NCBI GenBank assembly: GCA_963733535.1
Contig: CAVTDR010000002.1
Span: forward strand, 593,678-657,677
DNA from: an uncultured Bacteroidota bacterium
GTDB taxonomy: Bacteria; Bacteroidota; Bacteroidia; Bacteroidales; UBA10428
Direction: 5' to 3'
DNA length: 64,000 nucleotides
Part shown: piece after piece, positions 38,257-48,551 of the stretch
Numbering within the stretch: position 1 is the first letter of the stretch
How the letters are laid out: every line of letters begins with the position of its first letter
Program-made: the position numbers and the translations under genes
Notes under the pieces: generated by a model
Told to the model about the DNA's origin: nothing
Databases searched by the model: none
The model's input: the letters and a program-made list of their open reading frames with translations, nothing else

Positions 38257-39775
38257 AATGATTCACATATTTGTATTTATGTTTGAGGCATAAATTCTGA
38301 GCCAGGTCATGCGCTGATTTGATCACCATGGGTAGTCCGCCTCCCGGGACGGCCCAATGATTGGTGTAAAAGAAATTTTTCAATCCCGGTAGCTCTGTAG
38401 AAACAGGGGTTGATGCAATCAGGTTTTTCGAAGGGAACCAACCCTGCGCACTACCTTTCCAGTTTCCGGTATACCGGTGATACGTTGCCGGTGTAGCCAC
38501 ATCTATGATTTCAATACAATCTTTGATTCCCCCCATTTTTTCATCCAGCATATCCACCATGGTTGCAGCAAATTCGCCTTTCACCTTGTTATAGGCAGCC
38601 CGGTCGTTGTTTCTAAGATCGATCCAGAAATCGCCCTGTCGGGTATAAAAGCTCAGCGAAACTACCGTCTTTCCTTCAGGAGCAAGCAGCGGGTCGTAGT
38701 TATAGATATGTACTTCCATCCTGTTATAAGTGGTGCCGTCGGGCGACTGGTATGCCACTTTCATGGGAAATCTGAAAAAATGCGGATATTCCTTTAAATC
38801 GCGACTTACACCCAGTGAAATCAGGAATATGGACGGGTATACTTCGAGTCGCTTTAATGCATTCAGTTCCAAAATATTGCGGTCTACATATTTTCCCTCA
38901 AGTGCCTTAAAAACAGAAAAGTGCCAGTCGGCTGCTGATATGGTGATATCTGAATAAACCGCACCTGCATCTTTTATGAGAAGGCCTTTGGCAACATGAT
39001 CCTCAACCAGTATTTTTTGAATTTCTTTTCCGTAGTGAATGACACCTCCAAGCGATTCGTATCGGTCGGCAATTCTACGGGCAAACCGGGCGGATCCGCC
39101 CAGGGGGTAGCCGGCGCTTTTCTTATCATGAAAAGCCAGGGGCATGGTCATCGTAAGCAAATTGACTTCTTCGCCATCATACATCAATTCAAAAGCTTCT
39201 TTCAGAAACGGATTCTTTAATCGGGATGCAAAAGAATAATTTGTGGTGCGTTTCCATTTCAGAAACTGGATGATTACCGGAAGGTAAAAGATCATTTTCA
39301 TTTTTCTTTGCATCGTCTGCATCTGACTGATGCTGTCGATCATTGGAGGCATATCAAATTGCTGTACCACCCTGATTAATTTCAACCAACTGAGTATGCT
39401 CTTTTTGTCTTCGGGAGCAATATCCAGCAAATACGATTTGAGCCTGTCCATATCTGTATATAGCGTAAAGACTTTCTCACCGTATTTATTGACATTATTT
39501 TTGAGTTCAATAGCTACTTTCACCTCATGGTTGACGAAGGGAATGGATTTCATATCCAGTATTTCCGACCAGAGTTGGTAAAAAGAACTGCCGGTATCGG
39601 ATCCCATAATCCAGTGAAGGCATCCATCGAAGGTATAAGCGCCCTTTTTCCAGCTCATGCATAATCCTCCAGGTACGGCGTTCTTCTCGTAAATTGCCGT
39701 TTCATAGCCGTTCATCTGTAGATAGCAACCTAAGGATAAACCGGAAATCCCCGCACCAATGATACTTACCTTCAT
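38255..39775 (-). CDS. FAD-dependent oxidoreductase, phytoene desaturase-like
   Basis: IIGAGISGL, EKNAVPGG, YTFDGC, DVATPATYHRYTGN, PGGGLP. Start set at MKVSII. Confidence 0.85.
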   Translation of the reverse strand: MKVSIIGAGISGLSLGCYLQMNGYETAIYEKNAVPGGLCMSWKKGAYTFDGCLHWIMGSDTGSSFYQLWSEILDMKSIPFVNHEVKVAIELKNNVNKYGEKVFTLYTDMDRLKSYLLDIAPEDKKSILSWLKLIRVVQQFDMPPMIDSISQMQTMQRKMKMIFYLPVIIQFLKWKRTTNYSFASRLKNPFLKEAFELMYDGEEVNLLTMTMPLAFHDKKSAGYPLGGSARFARRIADRYESLGGVIHYGKEIQKILVEDHVAKGLLIKDAGAVYSDITISAADWHFSVFKALEGKYVDRNILELNALKRLEVYPSIFLISLGVSRDLKEYPHFFRFPMKVAYQSPDGTTYNRMEVHIYNYDPLLAPEGKTVVSLSFYTRQGDFWIDLRNNDRAAYNKVKGEFAATMVDMLDEKMGGIKDCIEIIDVATPATYHRYTGNWKGSAQGWFPSKNLIASTPVSTELPGLKNFFYTNHWAVPGGGLPMVIKSAHDLAQNLCLKHKYKYVNH

Positions 39776-39993
39776 TTTCCCAGTGTTATGTATGAATGGC
39801 ATAAAAGTAATCATTAACATCAGCAAATCCATTGTTGGGCATAAAAACTCCCAAAAACAGGGGATAAATCTGTAGCTCCAGGTTAGATTGAGATTAAATA
39901 CAAAACATTGTACGGTATGTTTCAAGTAAATCAGGCAAGGGTAATTGGAGTAATAAGGGTCATGATATGTGATACATACCAGTAATTCTCTCT

Positions 39994-40986
39994 ATGAAAT
40001 CAAACATACACCTCGCTGTCTATTTTCTTGTCCTCTTCACGGTAAGCATTTCGTGCGAAAATGAAGAATACCAACCTGAAGCAAATTACCACAGCCTGAT
40101 TGTATATCAGGACGGTCAGATTATAAATGAAGATTACTATCCTGAAGGAGATTCCATATCACCCCGTGATGTGCGTTCGGTAACCAAAAGCGTGGTCTCT
40201 ACCTTGATCGGTATTGCCATTGATAAGGGCTTTATCCAATCTGAAAACCAAAAAATTGGCGATTTCCTGAGCCCATTGGTTGATCATATCGATGAGGCCA
40301 AAGCAAATATTACCATAGGCAACCTGCTTTCAATGAGTAGCGGGCTTGAAGGAAATGATCTTACCAGTGTTCCGGAGTATGAAAACTGGCGTCAAGCCGG
40401 CAATCAGTTACAATATACTATGTCAAAGCCTTTGATTTGTCAGCCTGGAGATGTTTTTATATATAATTCGGGAGCATCCCATTTGTTATCGATAATTTTG
40501 ACCCGGGCAACGGGAATGTCCACCCTTGAGTTTGCCAAAATTTACCTTTTTCAACCGCTTCACATCAAGGATCATTCATGGGAACAGGACCAGCAAGGCT
40601 ACTATAATGGTTCCGCGGGACTGTTTCTTACCCCGCATGATATGCTAAAAATAGGACAATTGTATATGAACAAAGGCATGTATCGGAGCATAAGAATTGT
40701 TTCTGAATCCTGGATAAATAAAGCCTCTTCGTTTAAGATAGGCACCAACAATATCGAACCTTTTGCACCCGGATATGGATACTTGTGGTGGATTGGAAAT
40801 ACACAGGGTCATGATTATTACTTTGCAAATGGATATGGCGGTCAGTTCATAGTTGTTACTCCTGACATCAATTTGATTGTAGTGGCAACGAACCGCTGGT
40901 CAGGACTTCCATCAACAACGGCAAACCAACAGTGGTATACAACGCTGGACCATATAATAAACACTATAATTCCTTCCAGGGAGTAA
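39994..40986 (+). CDS. Serine hydrolase, beta-lactamase/class C fold, lipoprotein
   Basis: SVTK (SxxK), YNS, YGYLWW, GYGGQ; lipobox SISC. Confidence 0.88.
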   Translation: MKSNIHLAVYFLVLFTVSISCENEEYQPEANYHSLIVYQDGQIINEDYYPEGDSISPRDVRSVTKSVVSTLIGIAIDKGFIQSENQKIGDFLSPLVDHIDEAKANITIGNLLSMSSGLEGNDLTSVPEYENWRQAGNQLQYTMSKPLICQPGDVFIYNSGASHLLSIILTRATGMSTLEFAKIYLFQPLHIKDHSWEQDQQGYYNGSAGLFLTPHDMLKIGQLYMNKGMYRSIRIVSESWINKASSFKIGTNNIEPFAPGYGYLWWIGNTQGHDYYFANGYGGQFIVVTPDINLIVVATNRWSGLPSTTANQQWYTTLDHIINTIIPSRE

Positions 40987-41173
40987 TTGGGAACCTCATA
41001 GAAAAGGGCATCATTTTTAGTATTGAATAGCAGTCGTTCCTCTAGTCACACAGCAAAATTTGATTACTTTTGAAACAGGCAATCCGTTTCATCAAAAGTT
41101 TCAGAGTATAAAAATTTGCGTGAATCGGGGCGATTTGTAATGGATAAAAATGGCTGTTTAAAATCCGCGCACT

Positions 41174-43207
41174 ATGAATACTTTAAAGAACAGAATGATA
41201 TTGAAACTACTGGTAACAGGAATTTTAGGCATTGTTTTATACGGATGTAATACCTCTGACAACGCCATTTTAGATACCCAAAATCTGGCATCCCAATATT
41301 TTGAGGAAGACGCACCCTGGTATATGGAAAATATACCCTTTTTTGAATGTTCCGATGAGAAGATACAGGAAGTATACTATTACCGTTGGAAGTTATATAA
41401 AGCTCATATCCGGAATGTGGGTGAAAAGGGGTATGTTATCACAGAATTTCTGGATAATGTAAGTTGGGATTTGGATCCATACAGTTCACTAAACGATGCT
41501 ACCGGATTTCACATCTATGAAGGCCGGTGGTTGCATAATACCCAATATGTGAACGGTTATATCCAATATATGTACAGGAATGGCGGAAACGACCGTCATT
41601 TTAGCGAGGGCATTGCTGATGCTGCCTATGCAAGCTTTCTGGTGAATGCGGATGCCGGATTTATTACCAGTCATTTAGATTCGATGCAACATTTCTATAA
41701 TCTGTGGTATGATCACTTCGATAGTTCCAAAAACCTGTTTTACATTGAGCCCTTACTTGATGCCACCGAATATACAATTTCTTCCATTGACGCTTCGGGA
41801 GCTAAGGATGGATTCAGGGGCGGTCATTCCTTCAGGCCAACTATTAACAGCTATATGTACGGTAATGCACTGGCCATTTCCAAAATCGCCTTATTAAAAG
41901 GCGATTCTGCAACAAGCAGTTTATATATTGATAAGGCGGCCAGTATAAAAGCAAACCTGCAGCAGAGTTTATGGAACGATTCATTGGGTCACTTTATCGA
42001 CCGCTATAAGGCGAGTAATGAGTTCGTGCATTACTGGGATTTTATCAGAGGTCGCGAATTAGCCGGATATGTACCCTGGTGCTATTCCCTGCCCGTTAAT
42101 ACATTAAAATACAACTCTGCATGGAGCCATTTGCTGGATACTGCCAAACTGATGGGCAGATATGGTTTGCGAACGGTTGAGCCTTCATACCCCTATTACA
42201 TGAAACAATACCGCTATGAAGGTTCAAATCCTGAATGTCAGTGGAACGGACCCAGCTGGCCATTCCAGACCACTCAGGCGCTTTTGGCCATGGCCAATCT
42301 GCTCAATGATTATACACAGAAGATGGTTTCAACATCGGATTATGTCAGTTTGCTACGAAAATATACCCAACAACATTATCTGAATGGCAAGCTTAACCTG
42401 CAGGAAGATTATAATCCCGATTCGGGAGAACCGATTGTGGGTTTACCCAGAAGTCACCATTACAACCACTCGGGATACAACAACCTGATAATAACAGGTT
42501 TGTGCGGTATCCGGCCGGGTGAAGGGAGTACATTGGCAATTAATCCGCTGATAGATGAGACCATCCGGTATTTTTGCCTCGAAAACATAATGTACCATGG
42601 AAAAACTGTAACCGTAGTTTACGATAAAGATGGCAGCCGATACCATTTAGGAAAAGGGATTACCGTGTTTATCAACCATAAAAAAGCCACAGTAAAAAAC
42701 AACCAGGGAAAATATGAAGTGGAAGTTGGCCCCCCTGTTGTTACCCAATCCATATCCACTGTAAATTTTTCGCTGAATATTGCGCGTAAGGATTATCCGG
42801 TACCCACAGCTTCTGTCAACGCCATTCCTGATTCAATGTATCAGGCCATTGACGGGCGCTGCTGGTATTTTTCAGAGATCAGGAACAGATGGTCATCCTT
42901 TGGATCATCTTCATCTGTGGATTGGTATGCCATTGATTTCGGAACCATACATACCATTTCCTCCGTTTTAATGGGCTTTTATGCCGACGGTCTGATTTAT
43001 AAACAGCCCGTTAATTACAAAATTGAGTATTGGAGCGGCAGCCAATGGTTGCCGGTAACCCATGAAGCACGAAGTCCTGAATTACCGGTTAAAAACACGA
43101 TGAATAGAGCAAATTTTGATCCGGTGGCGACTTCACGAATCAGAGTGATTTTCGTCAGAAATGATCTGCAGCATCATACTGCCATAGCAGAGCTTGAGGT
43201 TTACTAA
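41174..43207 (+). CDS. (alpha/alpha)6 glycoside hydrolase (MGH1/GH63-like) with C-terminal discoidin domain, lipoprotein
   Basis: YYYRW, RPTINSYMY, CQWNGPSWP, EDYNP, HYNHS; lipobox LYGC. Confidence 0.78.
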   Translation: MNTLKNRMILKLLVTGILGIVLYGCNTSDNAILDTQNLASQYFEEDAPWYMENIPFFECSDEKIQEVYYYRWKLYKAHIRNVGEKGYVITEFLDNVSWDLDPYSSLNDATGFHIYEGRWLHNTQYVNGYIQYMYRNGGNDRHFSEGIADAAYASFLVNADAGFITSHLDSMQHFYNLWYDHFDSSKNLFYIEPLLDATEYTISSIDASGAKDGFRGGHSFRPTINSYMYGNALAISKIALLKGDSATSSLYIDKAASIKANLQQSLWNDSLGHFIDRYKASNEFVHYWDFIRGRELAGYVPWCYSLPVNTLKYNSAWSHLLDTAKLMGRYGLRTVEPSYPYYMKQYRYEGSNPECQWNGPSWPFQTTQALLAMANLLNDYTQKMVSTSDYVSLLRKYTQQHYLNGKLNLQEDYNPDSGEPIVGLPRSHHYNHSGYNNLIITGLCGIRPGEGSTLAINPLIDETIRYFCLENIMYHGKTVTVVYDKDGSRYHLGKGITVFINHKKATVKNNQGKYEVEVGPPVVTQSISTVNFSLNIARKDYPVPTASVNAIPDSMYQAIDGRCWYFSEIRNRWSSFGSSSSVDWYAIDFGTIHTISSVLMGFYADGLIYKQPVNYKIEYWSGSQWLPVTHEARSPELPVKNTMNRANFDPVATSRIRVIFVRNDLQHHTAIAELEVY

Positions 43208-43249
43208 CCATTTCTGATCGGAAGAAACAATACGCCCGTCCGGCTCCAT

Positions 43250-44293
43250 TTACTTCTTTGGAATATGTCTGGTCATAAAGGCATTCACAGAATTATTCCA
43301 GGCGTCAATGTTATTGCCTCTTTGATTATTTAAATTACTATTCGTGGTATTGAATTTGGTCAACCCTTTATTATAGGCGTTTACAGACTCATTATATTTA
43401 TTTATTTCCTCATTTGATAAGGTCATCCGATCCTTTGAATCAAAAAGTGCCGACATTTTTTTGTATTCCTCTGAAACTAAAAGAAAGTCTGCAATAATTG
43501 GAATTTTATTCCCGGCTTCATCAATATAAAATGTCAATAATTTCTTGCAGGAGCCATTTATGGTATTATCTCCTTTGTAATGCTTTATTACATCCAGCTT
43601 TTTTACACCCTCCTCCGATATACTCTTTAATGCACTGCGATTTTGTTCTATTGCATTGATATCATTTCTTTTTATTGCATCCATAAGGTACATCTCTTGT
43701 TTATAGGCTTTAAAAAAAACCAAATAAACCTTATTATAGTAATTAAATGCCTCAGCTGACCTCTTTAATTTAATACTGATATTATCTTCTTTTTCAACCA
43801 GTGTTACTCCATGTTTTTCAGCAAAGGCCAGGTATTGAACATCAATCCGATCAGATGCTTCATCCAGTTTTTTATTGGCTAATTCCTGGGCCAACAAATA
43901 TACTTCCATCAAATCGTAGGATTGTTCAGCAACTGCCTCCATGTCGATTATCCTGGCAAAATCATTATTTAGCACATTGTAATCCAATGTCAAAAAAGCA
44001 ACAACAGAATCTCTTAAACTATAATCCTTATTGAAAGGCTGCATATTACTTACAACCTTTATGGATTTTCCAATTGCTTTCAAAAGTTCAACTCTTTTAT
44101 TTTCAACTATTTTAGCGCTTCTACTGTGCGCCATTGTACTGGTATAATCCCACATTTCACTTCGGATATTCTCATATTGCTCACCAATTATATTCAGGTA
44201 AGATACTGCATCGCTTGTGGATTGTGAAAAGGCTGGAACAGAAAAAAACAGAAGCATATAAAAGCTTATTGAGAATAGCTCTTTTTTGTACAT
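43250..44293 (-). CDS. Secreted alpha-helical protein (LIC11966-like)
   Basis: Signal peptide, all-helical composition, EQSYDLME.YL; tightly coupled to the S41 protease gene. Confidence 0.65.
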   Translation of the reverse strand: MYKKELFSISFYMLLFFSVPAFSQSTSDAVSYLNIIGEQYENIRSEMWDYTSTMAHSRSAKIVENKRVELLKAIGKSIKVVSNMQPFNKDYSLRDSVVAFLTLDYNVLNNDFARIIDMEAVAEQSYDLMEVYLLAQELANKKLDEASDRIDVQYLAFAEKHGVTLVEKEDNISIKLKRSAEAFNYYNKVYLVFFKAYKQEMYLMDAIKRNDINAIEQNRSALKSISEEGVKKLDVIKHYKGDNTINGSCKKLLTFYIDEAGNKIPIIADFLLVSEEYKKMSALFDSKDRMTLSNEEINKYNESVNAYNKGLTKFNTTNSNLNNQRGNNIDAWNNSVNAFMTRHIPKK

Positions 44294-44294
44294 A

Positions 44295-46349
44295 CTAATT
44301 TTTTTTAATGTGTATATAATCAATTAAAATTCTAAATGTTTCTTCAATATAGGGGTCCGCCAAAATGGCGTTAGTACTTTCATTATATAAATCAGCATAA
44401 AACTTATTCATTTTTGCCATTCCTTCTTCTTTTGGCAATAATTGAACAGTAAAAAAATCAGTTTTTAAGTCTATGTAGGCAACAATTTTCTGGTCAAGCA
44501 CCTCTTTTTGTTGAATTATTTTATAATAATGTTTAAAATCCAGGGGTAGGTATTTTTTTTGTAGAAATAAATCAGAATAAATATGGTCAATTGATCTGAG
44601 ACTTTGGTATTTGTTGTTATGGCTTATTCTTTCCCGGGATTTTAACTGGAGGCTGTCTTTTGGAAAGGATGGTAAAGGATTATAGAATGTTTTTCTGTTA
44701 ATGGTATCCATCCGGTTTTTTCTGAGGGACATATTTTTAAAATCCGACTGGTAAAAATAATCAGGTAAAACAACATCTGGTATAACGCCTTCTGTATCAT
44801 AGGTATGGCCTGTAACTCTGTAATACTTGCTGGTGGTTAATTTCAGTACTGTTTCATCATTTTCCATTATGGGCTGCAATATTTGTCCGGTAGCTTTGCC
44901 ATATGTAGTATCGCCGATTATAACAGCCCGATTGTAATCCTGCAACACTGCGGCAACCATTTCAGATGCAGATGCACTATTTGAATTTACGAGAATTGCC
45001 AGGGGATCAGCATACAAAGTTCCCCGGTTAAAATCTTTGATTGAAACAAGCTCATTATTTTTGCTCCTTTCAACTGATAATGTGCCAAAGTCAATAAAAA
45101 TCCCTGCCAGATCAATTGCCTCTCCAATAGAACCACCGGAATTATTTCTTAGATCAATAATCAACGATTCAATATTTTCTTTCTTCAGGAAATATATTGC
45201 TCGTCCAACATCCTGAGCGCAACCAAACTGATTTTGACTCTCCCATGAAGTATAGAATGCTGGTAAAATAATGTATCCGATTTTATGTTTTCCCTGCAAA
45301 ATAAACGCTTGAACAGAATTCTCAACATTTTCAAGCTTTTCCCGATATAAATCAACCTTTACTGTTTTTTTATCTGCCTTTAGTAAAGTGACAATTAGTT
45401 TTTCATTAGTGATGTTTGAAAGGAAATCAATAACCTCCGAAATTTCATTTTCTTCAATAATAATGGAAGCCTTATTTTCAGTTTCAAATTTTACTATTAT
45501 ATCGCCCGAATTAATCATACCGGTTTTCCAGGCATTGCTGCCTGGAATAACCGATGCAATTATGATATCTCCCAGCTTATTCATTTCTATCTGAAACCCA
45601 AAATAACTTGAATTGCTTGACAATGCTTCTTTAAATTTATTGTAGGCATTGCTTGAAAATAAGTAGGCATAAGGATCGTATTGCGTCATAAAATTATTCA
45701 TAAAAGCACTGAATAATTTTTCGTGATATTCATCAGGATGACTTAAAAGCTTTTTGATCTGGCTGATCTCTTTTTGAATCCTTTTTACTTTTATCGAATC
45801 GATATAAGCAAGCAGCAAATCCGGATTTTCTTTTAAGGAATCATATTGAGTTGTCGATTCAAGAACCTTTTGAATGATGATGGATTTGATAAAGACCCTG
45901 CATCGGTTCATCTTGTCCATTTCATAAGTATTTTGCAGCGATTCGGGATTCACACATATTGAATCCGGCTTATTGAGTTCAAAGCGTTGTGTGCTAAGTC
46001 TTTCAAGGATTTGAATCGTGCTTTCACAATTACGCTTATAAATATCGCGGAAATCTGCTTCTATTGTGCAATAGGAGGAAGTATAGTCATTTTGAATGAC
46101 CTGTTGAACTGCATCAAATAGCTTCAGATCATCCGCCGAAAAGATAATAGCATTGGGGTCAATAGACGCCAGAAAATCCCTCTCAAACTTAATCATATCA
46201 AATTTTTCAGGTTTGATGGGAGTCAATGAATTCTCATTGTATGACTGAAGGGTCTTTTTAAACAAATCACAATAATTCTGGGTATGCTGAGAAATACAAT
46301 ATTCAGAACCAAAAATCGCTATGAAAAATAGAATTGAGAATCGAATCAT
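44295..46349 (-). CDS. S41 carboxy-terminal processing protease
   Basis: PDZ domain, IDLRNNSGG, SASASE (Ser), TYGKATGQ (Lys), GVIPD. Start set at MIRFS. Confidence 0.9.
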   Translation of the reverse strand: MIRFSILFFIAIFGSEYCISQHTQNYCDLFKKTLQSYNENSLTPIKPEKFDMIKFERDFLASIDPNAIIFSADDLKLFDAVQQVIQNDYTSSYCTIEADFRDIYKRNCESTIQILERLSTQRFELNKPDSICVNPESLQNTYEMDKMNRCRVFIKSIIIQKVLESTTQYDSLKENPDLLLAYIDSIKVKRIQKEISQIKKLLSHPDEYHEKLFSAFMNNFMTQYDPYAYLFSSNAYNKFKEALSSNSSYFGFQIEMNKLGDIIIASVIPGSNAWKTGMINSGDIIVKFETENKASIIIEENEISEVIDFLSNITNEKLIVTLLKADKKTVKVDLYREKLENVENSVQAFILQGKHKIGYIILPAFYTSWESQNQFGCAQDVGRAIYFLKKENIESLIIDLRNNSGGSIGEAIDLAGIFIDFGTLSVERSKNNELVSIKDFNRGTLYADPLAILVNSNSASASEMVAAVLQDYNRAVIIGDTTYGKATGQILQPIMENDETVLKLTTSKYYRVTGHTYDTEGVIPDVVLPDYFYQSDFKNMSLRKNRMDTINRKTFYNPLPSFPKDSLQLKSRERISHNNKYQSLRSIDHIYSDLFLQKKYLPLDFKHYYKIIQQKEVLDQKIVAYIDLKTDFFTVQLLPKEEGMAKMNKFYADLYNESTNAILADPYIEETFRILIDYIHIKKN

Positions 46350-46353
46350 GAGG

Positions 46354-46578
46354 TTAACCTTTTTTCTTCTGAAACGTCCGTTGTTTTTCAATAGAAGCAA
46401 TTCCTTCGACATGGAGTTCATCCAGTTTTTGATTGGCATTTACCCAGCCGGATATCACTCCGGTAATGGGTAAAATTTGTGTAATCTCACACCCTTTGAT
46501 ACGAAGCTTTTGGGCAACTTGTTCAATCTGCTCCAGGTGTTCGTTCTGAACCGATGCTATAAAATTTTGTTTTCTCAT
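46354..46578 (-). CDS. Small I9/propeptide-like protein
   Basis: 74 aa with an alternating beta/alpha pattern (VAQKLRIKGCEITQILPITGVISG...VEGIASIE), directly after the S8 gene. Confidence 0.65.
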   Translation of the reverse strand: MRKQNFIASVQNEHLEQIEQVAQKLRIKGCEITQILPITGVISGWVNANQKLDELHVEGIASIEKQRTFQKKKG

Positions 46579-46585
46579 ATTCTTT

Positions 46586-47875
46586 TTAGTCAATTGGGGC
46601 CTGAACCAATCCAGAACCTACATCCATGGAACTCAGATTCAGACGTTTTGCATGTTGAATCAGCAAGGTCCAAATTTCCGAGGGAGATGCCTCGGGATGT
46701 TTTTCGCAAAACAATCCGGCAATTCCTGCAACAAAAGGGGTAGCCATGGAAGTGCCATCCCATCTGTCGTGTTCATTCTGGGTATTAATCATGCTATATA
46801 CTGCCACTCCCGGAGCTACGATATCAATCTGTCCCCCGTTTCTGTTAATCCCTCCGCAAGAAAAATCCGCAATATTCAGCATCGGATCGATAGCACCGAC
46901 AGCCATTACCGACGGACAGTTAGCAGGGTGGCCTACTGGAGCAATTTGCATAGGTCGGTAACTTTCATTCCCGGCAGCAGCCACTATGAGTGATCCCTGT
47001 TGCATGGCACGCTGCGCTACATTTTCATATATTTCAGAATACGTTTCGCCGGGTTCACAGGGCGAGCCCAATGACATGCTAATGATTTTGCATTTCTCGG
47101 AAATGGCCCATTCAATACCTGCAAGTATTCCTGCATCCGTTCCTTCACCATGATCATCCAATACTTTTCCACAATAGATGAGCGATTTATTCGCCACTCC
47201 ATATCGCATTCCGGCACTATCTGTGTATCCACATGCAACGCCCACGCAATGCGATCCATGACCGTCTGCATCGCCGTCTGAACCTTCCTCAACAAATCTT
47301 TTTGTTACGGCCTTCCGACCCGTCAGATCAATATGTTCCTTAAATAATCCGGTATCCAGAATGGCAATTCTGACCCCTTTACCCGAATATTTTGTTTCCG
47401 AAGTACGGGTTGCCAATACACCCCAGGATGCCTGTAAGGTATCTGAATACTGTTGCTCCAATAATTGCATCTCTTCGAACGGCAACAGGTTACCTCCCTG
47501 CTCTTTCACCTTCTCCATTGCAGCCTGTATGCCATCGCGATAACCCCTGAGATAGTCATATCCGGTAATCTTATACACATAACGCTCAGGTTCGGACGTA
47601 AGAATTGCTTTTGCCGGAAGTGCCCTGCGAATTCGCTTTATTCCTTCTGCGATTCCTCCATTGACAACAGCAACATGAATGGATTCAAAATAAATACCAT
47701 CACCATCTGTAAAGGCCTGAATAAAATTCCGGGGTTTCCGGATAAAATCATTAAAATGTACCAATCTGAAAGATGATTTACGGACTCCTGTAAACAGAGA
47801 TTCCCAAGGGAATCCGGGATTCAGCAAAACAAGTTCTCTGCCGGTGTTTTTCTTTTTTGGAATTTGGGTTTTCAT
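46586..47875 (-). CDS. S8 subtilisin-like serine protease
   Basis: ILDTG, HGSHCVG, AAAGNE, GTSMATP; no clear signal peptide. Confidence 0.93.
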   Translation of the reverse strand: MKTQIPKKKNTGRELVLLNPGFPWESLFTGVRKSSFRLVHFNDFIRKPRNFIQAFTDGDGIYFESIHVAVVNGGIAEGIKRIRRALPAKAILTSEPERYVYKITGYDYLRGYRDGIQAAMEKVKEQGGNLLPFEEMQLLEQQYSDTLQASWGVLATRTSETKYSGKGVRIAILDTGLFKEHIDLTGRKAVTKRFVEEGSDGDADGHGSHCVGVACGYTDSAGMRYGVANKSLIYCGKVLDDHGEGTDAGILAGIEWAISEKCKIISMSLGSPCEPGETYSEIYENVAQRAMQQGSLIVAAAGNESYRPMQIAPVGHPANCPSVMAVGAIDPMLNIADFSCGGINRNGGQIDIVAPGVAVYSMINTQNEHDRWDGTSMATPFVAGIAGLFCEKHPEASPSEIWTLLIQHAKRLNLSSMDVGSGLVQAPID

Positions 47876-48120
47876 AATAAAGGGGGTTAGAAATAACGGG
47901 ATCAATTCACATATTCAAATGTAAAGAATTTTGATTTACGCAGAATAACATCTGCTATTCTAATTGGATATTCCTGTATCACAGAAACAAAGATCAATTC
48001 AAGTGAAGTGCTTACGGACATACTTAATTTACCGGATGCTTGCAATACATCAACATTTTTTATATATTGCACAATAACAAGAAAAACTGCATTCATAACC
48101 ACTATCTGAAATTGCATTGA

Positions 48121-48507
48121 TTGAACATGAAGAAAAAAATTGTACTGGAATACACCCTGAATTCTTCCCCCAAAGTTTTATTTCCCCGATTGAGTACGCC
48201 CGGTGGATTATCGGAATGGTTTGCCGACAATGTGAATATTCATGGTAGCCAATATTCCTTTATATGGGATGATTCTGAGCAAAAAGCCGATATTATTCAG
48301 CGGAAAGAAAACAAATATATTCGTTTTCGTTGGGTTGACTCTTCGGAACCAGAAGCGTACTGGTTTGAATTCCGTTTAAACACCGATGAACTCACAGGAG
48401 ATACCGCACTTATTATTACTGATTTTGCTGAAGATGATGACAAGGACAGTACGGTGGAACTCTGGAATTCACAAATCACCAAACTCAGGCATGTAATAGG
48501 CGTATAA
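48121..48507 (+). CDS. START-like/SRPBCC domain protein
   Basis: STPGGLSEWFADNV, IRFRW, LIITDFAE. Confidence 0.85.
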   Translation: MNMKKKIVLEYTLNSSPKVLFPRLSTPGGLSEWFADNVNIHGSQYSFIWDDSEQKADIIQRKENKYIRFRWVDSSEPEAYWFEFRLNTDELTGDTALIITDFAEDDDKDSTVELWNSQITKLRHVIGV

Positions 48508-48551
48508 CCAAGCATGTTTCCTGAAAATATCCTAGCTTTGTAATTCGAATT

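Noticed and set aside
38255-39775. Carotenoid biosynthesis gene crtI
   Set aside because: Only the family fold is supported, and there are no crt neighbours.
39994-40986. True beta-lactam resistance gene
   Set aside because: It has SxxK but lacks the YxN and KTG motifs; it is more like the esterase/amidase members of the fold.
30262-47900. Classical integrase-driven island or prophage at tRNA-Met
   Set aside because: I found no integrase, phage or conjugation genes and no downstream copy of the tRNA 3' end.
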